A model generated the notes under the pieces. It ran no database searches and was not told the origin of the DNA. It worked only from the letters and a program-made list of their open reading frames with translations. From a virus (Duplodnaviria; Heunggongvirae; Uroviricota; Caudoviricetes), in IMG/VR virus record IMGVR_UViG_2711768193_000009: 64,000 nucleotides of DNA; one strand, given 5' to 3'. Shown here piece by piece: positions 59,445-64,000 of this stretch (the stretch's first letter is position 1; the number at the start of each line of letters is the position of its first letter). The translations under genes were made by a program, and so were the position numbers.

Positions 59445-60112
59445 TGACCAAAAACTTTGAAATCGTCTATCGAAACCCGGTAGAACTCATCCCGTATGAG
59501 ATGAACGCCAAAAAACATGACGAACAGCAGATCCGCGACCTGGCGGCCGCCATCAAAAAGCGCGGTTTTGACCAGCCGATCACGGTCGACAAGCATGACG
59601 TCATCATTACTGGCCACGGTCGTCGTGAGGCTGCACTTCTGGCTGGTCTGGAGCGTGTGCCGGTCATCGTTCGCGACGATCTGAGCGAAGAAGAAGTGAA
59701 GGCGAAGCGTCTGGAAGACAACCGCCTGGCCAGTATTGACTACGACGCTATCAAATTGCAGCAGGAACTGGAATCCCTGGTGTTGGGTGACGTCGAGGTC
59801 TTCGGTTTTGAGGAGCGCGAGCTGAACGTGCTTGTCGGCAGCATGACCGAAGAGATGGAAACCGGCTCTCTGGTGCTCGATCTGGGCGAAGAGACGGAAC
59901 GCCAGAAAGAAGAGCACACCGAGATCAGTCGCGAAGTGGCCTCTGAAGAAGTCCGCGTCATCGACGTATTGGGCTTTAAAACGCTCCCTGCTGGCTCTGC
60001 CATTGTGGTTGGGGATTTGCTTGCCCACATGGAAGAAATCACGGGGGAGAGCGGGGTAGACGCTTTCGTGGCGTATGCGGAGAAAGTTTCTTCTGGGGAG
60101 CTGGCTGCATGA
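59444..60112 (+). CDS. Second ParB-fold domain protein
   Basis: ITGHGRREAALLAG. ATG 59444 overlaps the upstream stop (TAATG), RBS aggag. ORF track 59411. Confidence 0.5.
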   Translation: MTKNFEIVYRNPVELIPYEMNAKKHDEQQIRDLAAAIKKRGFDQPITVDKHDVIITGHGRREAALLAGLERVPVIVRDDLSEEEVKAKRLEDNRLASIDYDAIKLQQELESLVLGDVEVFGFEERELNVLVGSMTEEMETGSLVLDLGEETERQKEEHTEISREVASEEVRVIDVLGFKTLPAGSAIVVGDLLAHMEEITGESGVDAFVAYAEKVSSGELAA

Positions 60113-60747
60113 GCAAATACACCATCAACGTATCGTTTCAGACCCGCGTGAACAAAACCACGCGCACGCTGGAGATTGCCGAATCGTTCGGTCTTGGCCT
60201 GGACGAAAAAGAGTGGACGCTTTACGACAATCTGGAGCTGGAAGTGAAGCAGGGCGATGTGGTGTACATCACCGGCCAATCCGGTTCCGGCAAATCTGTT
60301 GTGCTGCGCGAGCTGCAACGCCAGATGAAGGATGAAGGGCTTCCTGTAGCCTCCATCGATGACTTTGCCTTCGACAATGAGGTTAACGTCATCGACCAGT
60401 TGGGCAAAACCACCAGCGAAGCGCTGGGGCTGCTGTCTATGGCCGGATTGAATGACGCCTATCTCTTTGTGCGTAAGCCATCCGAGATGTCTGACGGCCA
60501 GAAATACCGTCTCAAGATCGCCAAGCTGATCGAGTCCGGCGCGAAAGTCTGGGCGGCCGACGAATTTGGCGCTGTTCTCGACCGTGTAACCGCTCAGGTT
60601 GTGGCGTCGAACCTCCAGCGTGCCGCCCGTAAGGTTGGTGCGACGGTAATGGTGGCGACGACCCACGAAGACCTGAAGAACGCGCTGCGCCCGGATATGC
60701 AGATCACCAAGCACTACAAAGAACGCGTGAAGGTGGAATATGCCTGA
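60109..60747 (+). CDS. Minimal ABC-type ATPase
   Basis: Walker A GQSGSGKS, signature-like MSDGQKYRL, Walker B VWAADE, H-loop TTHED, all in 212 aa. Confidence 0.55.
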   Translation: MSKYTINVSFQTRVNKTTRTLEIAESFGLGLDEKEWTLYDNLELEVKQGDVVYITGQSGSGKSVVLRELQRQMKDEGLPVASIDDFAFDNEVNVIDQLGKTTSEALGLLSMAGLNDAYLFVRKPSEMSDGQKYRLKIAKLIESGAKVWAADEFGAVLDRVTAQVVASNLQRAARKVGATVMVATTHEDLKNALRPDMQITKHYKERVKVEYA

Positions 60748-60994
60748 TTTGAAGATCGTAGAGCTGAAGCCATCGAAAGAGGCTGACAACAACAACGTTG
60801 AAGTCATCCGCCTGCTGGAAGAAGCACTCCAGTACGCCAGAGAAGGCAAAAGCCAGAGCCTGGCGCTGCTGATGATCAACAACGACGGCAGTGTTCTGGA
60901 TTGCTGGCATAACGGTGGGCGTCCATACGTCATGGTTGGGGCGATGGAATCGCTTCGCCTGGACTTCATCAATGCCAATATCGAGCGCAGGTGA
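60740..60994 (+). CDS. Small hypothetical protein
   Basis: 84 aa. Overlaps both neighbours. Confidence 0.4.
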   Translation: MPDLKIVELKPSKEADNNNVEVIRLLEEALQYAREGKSQSLALLMINNDGSVLDCWHNGGRPYVMVGAMESLRLDFINANIERR

Positions 60995-61890
60995 TCGACA
61001 TGACAGACATCATCATCAAACGCTACCGCCCGGAAGAGTTCCCGCGTCATCTGGACTTTCTGGAGCGTATGACTGTTACCAAAGGCACGGTTGAAGACTG
61101 GCACGCGCTGAAGTCGCTGCACTACAAGACGGATGGTAAGCCGTTCGCGCCAACGTATTATCGCTGCGAACTGGACGACCGGCTGGTGGGCGTCGTGGTT
61201 ATGGCTTACCCGAAACTGCTGCTGGCGCCTCGCCATCGCATGTTTCCTAAGCTGAAGCCAACCACCAATACCACCGTGGCCAACCAGTATTGGGGTCGGT
61301 ACGTGAACAACAACTTTGCGGTGATCAGCCGTTCCGTTGTGGACACTCAGTACCGCGGCGTCGGTGTCTCCTATCGAATGATTAACCTGGTTAGCAGGAT
61401 GCACGACCGGCCAATCATCGAGATCCAGTCGTCGATGAGCAAATACAACCCGTTCGCCATGAAAGCAGGGTTCCAGTTCATCCGTCCGGAGCGTCCGAAG
61501 AGCTATGAGAGTGCGTTGCGCGTCTTCCAGCGTCATTTCCGTTCCGACCCTGGCGACAACGAAGCGATCGTCAAAGAGCTGTTCGCCATGAGTGAGTCTC
61601 GCCGTCGTCGTGCGCTGCGTGATCTGGTCGCTGACTACCACAAGAACAGTTCCCTGGCCAAAGCCGGGCGTAATCGTGGCACGACGATTCAGGACATTGC
61701 CGACAGTCTGGTGGACGAGGCCAGCATCGTGAAGCTGCTCAAGGACATTCACAACCTGAGCTTCACGTCTCCGCTGTATGGCGTGTACCGAAACCCGGAC
61801 TTTGGTCGTCAGCTGCCGGACACGCTGCCACTGCTGGCATTCGACAAACAGCCTTTGAATAAACCTCTTGAAATTGCATTACCGGCATAA
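60991..61890 (+). CDS. GNAT-like acetyltransferase-fold protein with C-terminal extension (tentative)
   Basis: VVVMAY...AVISRSVVDTQYRGVGVSYRMINLV resembles GNAT motif A. Confidence 0.4.
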   Translation: MIDMTDIIIKRYRPEEFPRHLDFLERMTVTKGTVEDWHALKSLHYKTDGKPFAPTYYRCELDDRLVGVVVMAYPKLLLAPRHRMFPKLKPTTNTTVANQYWGRYVNNNFAVISRSVVDTQYRGVGVSYRMINLVSRMHDRPIIEIQSSMSKYNPFAMKAGFQFIRPERPKSYESALRVFQRHFRSDPGDNEAIVKELFAMSESRRRRALRDLVADYHKNSSLAKAGRNRGTTIQDIADSLVDEASIVKLLKDIHNLSFTSPLYGVYRNPDFGRQLPDTLPLLAFDKQPLNKPLEIALPA

Positions 61891-61899
61891 GGATTTGCC

Positions 61900-62166
61900 A
61901 TGACGTTGACCGACAAACAAAAAGACATCATCAAAACCATCAATTTAGGCCATGAGCGTGGGCATCTGCTCGATCTGGACGAGCTGCTTGAAGTGCTGCC
62001 GTACAAAACGACCAAACAGAGTATGCAGTTCTCTATCCGCGCACTGGTGAAAAAGGGGCTGGTGGAGAAAGGAATGTGCCGCCAGCGCGGTGATTCCGGC
62101 TACCACCGTCGCACGCTGGGACTGACCACTTTAGGTCGTGCCAGAGCCAAATTACTGGTGATGTAA
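61900..62166 (+). CDS. Small winged-helix DNA-binding protein (tentative)
   Basis: FSIRALVKKGLVEK recognition-helix-like segment. Confidence 0.35.
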   Translation: MTLTDKQKDIIKTINLGHERGHLLDLDELLEVLPYKTTKQSMQFSIRALVKKGLVEKGMCRQRGDSGYHRRTLGLTTLGRARAKLLVM

Positions 62167-62169
62167 GTC

Positions 62170-62265
62170 GGTCTGGGAGCCAGTTTGAGAGCCTGCTTCC
62201 GTATATATAAATACTAAGTGACTTATTAAATATATACGGAAGCAGGTTCTGAATACTCCCCAGCC
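62170..62265. repeat. Long palindromic element, copy 2 (perfect inner IR cctgcttccgtatatat / atatatacggaagcagg)
   Basis: About 85% identical to 37726..37840. Confidence 0.7.
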
Positions 62266-62361
62266 CGGTTTTAAACACCCAGAAAACAAATTGGTTAGGC
62301 ACAGAATTAAACAAGTTGTTTAGGAGCGCAAGGATGCGCTCTGAGTGTTTTAGAGGGATCT

Positions 62362-63003
62362 ATGACTGTAGAAAAAGACGAGAGCAAAACTCGCCTGACG
62401 CCAGCTGAGTGGGCAGAAGCCGAAGCAAAGTGGACTTCCGGCGAATACACACTCTCCAAGCTGGAGGAAGAGTACGGCATTCGTCGTGAAACGCTCTCCA
62501 GACATTTCAAAAAGCGTGGATTAGAGAAAGGCGCGGACTCCGTTGGGAAGATGGTGCGCGAGTCGCTCAAATCCGACGCAGAGCTGCGTGCGAAGGCGCG
62601 CGCAGAGAAAATCGAAGAGCGCCGGACTCGTTACGACGATTGGGCATTCGCACTCGGTCGGATGGTGATGCATGAGGTGGCCACAGCCAAGAAGGACGGC
62701 AAGCCACTCGCAACCATCGAAGATGACCTGAAGAGTCTCCAGCGTGCCAGCGGCACACTCGCTAAGTGCTTCGAAATATCCTCGAAAGCGCTCGGTATGG
62801 ATCGCGCTGAGAACGAAGAAGACGAAATCCCGAACCTGGTATTTGGCGAACTTACGCCTTCCCAGGTGGCGCAGCTGCGTAAGGAAGATGATGAGCCGGA
62901 TCTGATTGATGACGATCTGCTTGAGTCACTCGAAGAGGAAGCACTGAGCGAAGCAGAGGGCGATTCTGACGCGTCTGGTGATGAAAGTGATGGGAGCGTC
63001 TAA
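62362..63003 (+). CDS. Putative terminase small subunit
   Basis: N-terminal HTH-like region, acidic C-terminus. Immediately upstream of and coupled to the terminase large subunit. Confidence 0.45.
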   Translation: MTVEKDESKTRLTPAEWAEAEAKWTSGEYTLSKLEEEYGIRRETLSRHFKKRGLEKGADSVGKMVRESLKSDAELRAKARAEKIEERRTRYDDWAFALGRMVMHEVATAKKDGKPLATIEDDLKSLQRASGTLAKCFEISSKALGMDRAENEEDEIPNLVFGELTPSQVAQLRKEDDEPDLIDDDLLESLEEEALSEAEGDSDASGDESDGSV

Positions 63004-63005
63004 CT

Positions 63006-64000
63006 ATGGCCATCCCGTCGTCTCTGAGTCTCGTACAGCTGCATTCTGGGCAGATGCAAGTCTTCCAGTCGCCACATCGTTTCAAAGTGGTGTGTGCGGG
63101 TCGACGCTGGGGTAAATCCCGGTTGTCGATCTCCACCATCATCCGCGCGGCAGCCAAAGAGAAAAAGCAACGTGTCTGGTACGTCGCACCGACTTACCAG
63201 ATGGCTCGCCAGATCTTGTGGGATGACCTGCAGGAAGTTCTGCCTCGTAAATGGGTTCGTAAGAAAAACGACACCACGATGACCATCGTGCTGAAGAACG
63301 GCTCTGAAATCGCGCTGAAAGGTGCGGATAAGCCCGATACGCTTCGTGGTGTGGCACTGCACTTCGTGGTGCTCGATGAATTTCAGGATATGAAGCCGGA
63401 CACCTGGTACAAGGTACTGCGTCCGACACTGTCCTCCACCCGTGGCGGTGCGCTGATCATCGGTACGCCAAAAGGCTTCTCCGAGTTCCACAAGCTGTGG
63501 ACTATCGGTCAGAACAAAGATTTGCAACGCAAAGGGCAGTGGAAGAGCTGGCAGTTCGTTACGGCCGATTCTCCGTTCGTACCGAGCGCGGAAATCGAAG
63601 CGGCGAAGAACGATATGGACCCTAAATCGTTCGCGCAGGAATACCTGGCCAGCTTCGAAAACATGTCCGGACGCGTTTACTACCCGTTCGACCGCAATGT
63701 GCATGTGAAGCCACTCCAGTTCAATCCGAAACTGCCGATCTGGGTTGGTCAGGACTTCAACATCGACCCTATGTCATCGGTCATCCTGCAGCCGCAGCCA
63801 AATGGTGAGCTGTGGGCCGTGGACGAGGTTGTGCTGTTCTCTTCCAACACGGCTGAAGTGTGTGATGAGCTGGAGCGTCGTTTCTGGCGCTGGAAGTCTC
63901 AGGTCACAATCTTCCCTGACCCGGCAGGTGCGTATCGCCAGCACGCACGCGGTGAATCGGACGTCGATATCTTCAAGGAAAAAGGTTTCCTGCGAGTCGA
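63006..64000 (+). CDS. Terminase large subunit, N-terminal ATPase part (truncated by window end)
   Basis: Read from sequence: MAIPSSLSLVQL...KVVCAGRRWGKS (Walker A) ...HFVVLDEFQD (Walker B). No stop before 64000, hence absent from the ORF track. Confidence 0.7.
   Translation, partial: MAIPSSLSLVQLHSGQMQVFQSPHRFKVVCAGRRWGKSRLSISTIIRAAAKEKKQRVWYVAPTYQMARQILWDDLQEVLPRKWVRKKNDTTMTIVLKNGSEIALKGADKPDTLRGVALHFVVLDEFQDMKPDTWYKVLRPTLSSTRGGALIIGTPKGFSEFHKLWTIGQNKDLQRKGQWKSWQFVTADSPFVPSAEIEAAKNDMDPKSFAQEYLASFENMSGRVYYPFDRNVHVKPLQFNPKLPIWVGQDFNIDPMSSVILQPQPNGELWAVDEVVLFSSNTAEVCDELERRFWRWKSQVTIFPDPAGAYRQHARGESDVDIFKEKGFLRV

Noticed and set aside
59740-61752. 670-aa minus-strand ORF
   Set aside because: It is antisense to four tightly coupled plus-strand genes with recognisable motifs (ParB-fold, ABC ATPase, GNAT). 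The product is Arg/His-rich with no motifs.
63000-63704. 234-aa minus-strand ORF
   Set aside because: Antisense to the terminase large-subunit N-terminus, which has clear Walker A/B motifs on the plus strand.

Overview
The window reads as part of a large enterobacterial phage-plasmid. It resembles the SSU5/pHCM2-like group; this is inferred from gene content, no database search was possible. An iteron replicon (RepA-type initiator at 19176..20231, minus strand) is flanked by about 12 iterons on one side and two tandem origin-like modules (iterons plus GATC-rich AT tracts) on the other. A large DNA-metabolism module is present: DnaE-like Pol III alpha, DnaQ-like exonuclease, gp32-like SSB, flap endonuclease, RecA, SbcCD, RuvC-like resolvase, SF2 helicase, RNase HI, NrdAB, thymidylate synthase, DHFR, a nucleotide kinase and two N6-adenine methyltransferases. 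Other recognisable genes are a CobS/CobT-like AAA+/VWA pair, a Rha-type antirepressor, an HD-domain (p)ppGpp-hydrolase-like protein, and terminase small/large subunits at the 3' end (large subunit truncated by the window). The first 116 bp are the right end of a Tn3-family (blaTEM-type) transposon, ending exactly at its 38-bp inverted repeat, immediately upstream of a tyrosine recombinase gene that carries a perfect LexA box. Structure not explained by the gene calls: (i) two conserved intergenic motif families recurring about 15 times each (a 12-bp perfect palindrome GTAAGTACTTAC + CTATCAT, and ACACCAACAAGAAAACAAGTTGTTTA containing the palindrome AAACAAnTTGTTT); (ii) two identical SOS boxes; (iii) a 1.6-kb ORF-free, strongly A+C-skewed region with several tandem-repeat families that recur on the far side of a cassette of six small operator-preceded genes; (iv) an AT-rich roughly 3.5-kb island (53.5-57.1 kb) of six unrecognisable ORFs; (v) a duplicated long palindromic element (37726..37840 and 62170..62265); (vi) a cluster of two ParB-fold proteins, a mini ABC-ATPase and a GNAT-like protein just upstream of the terminase.
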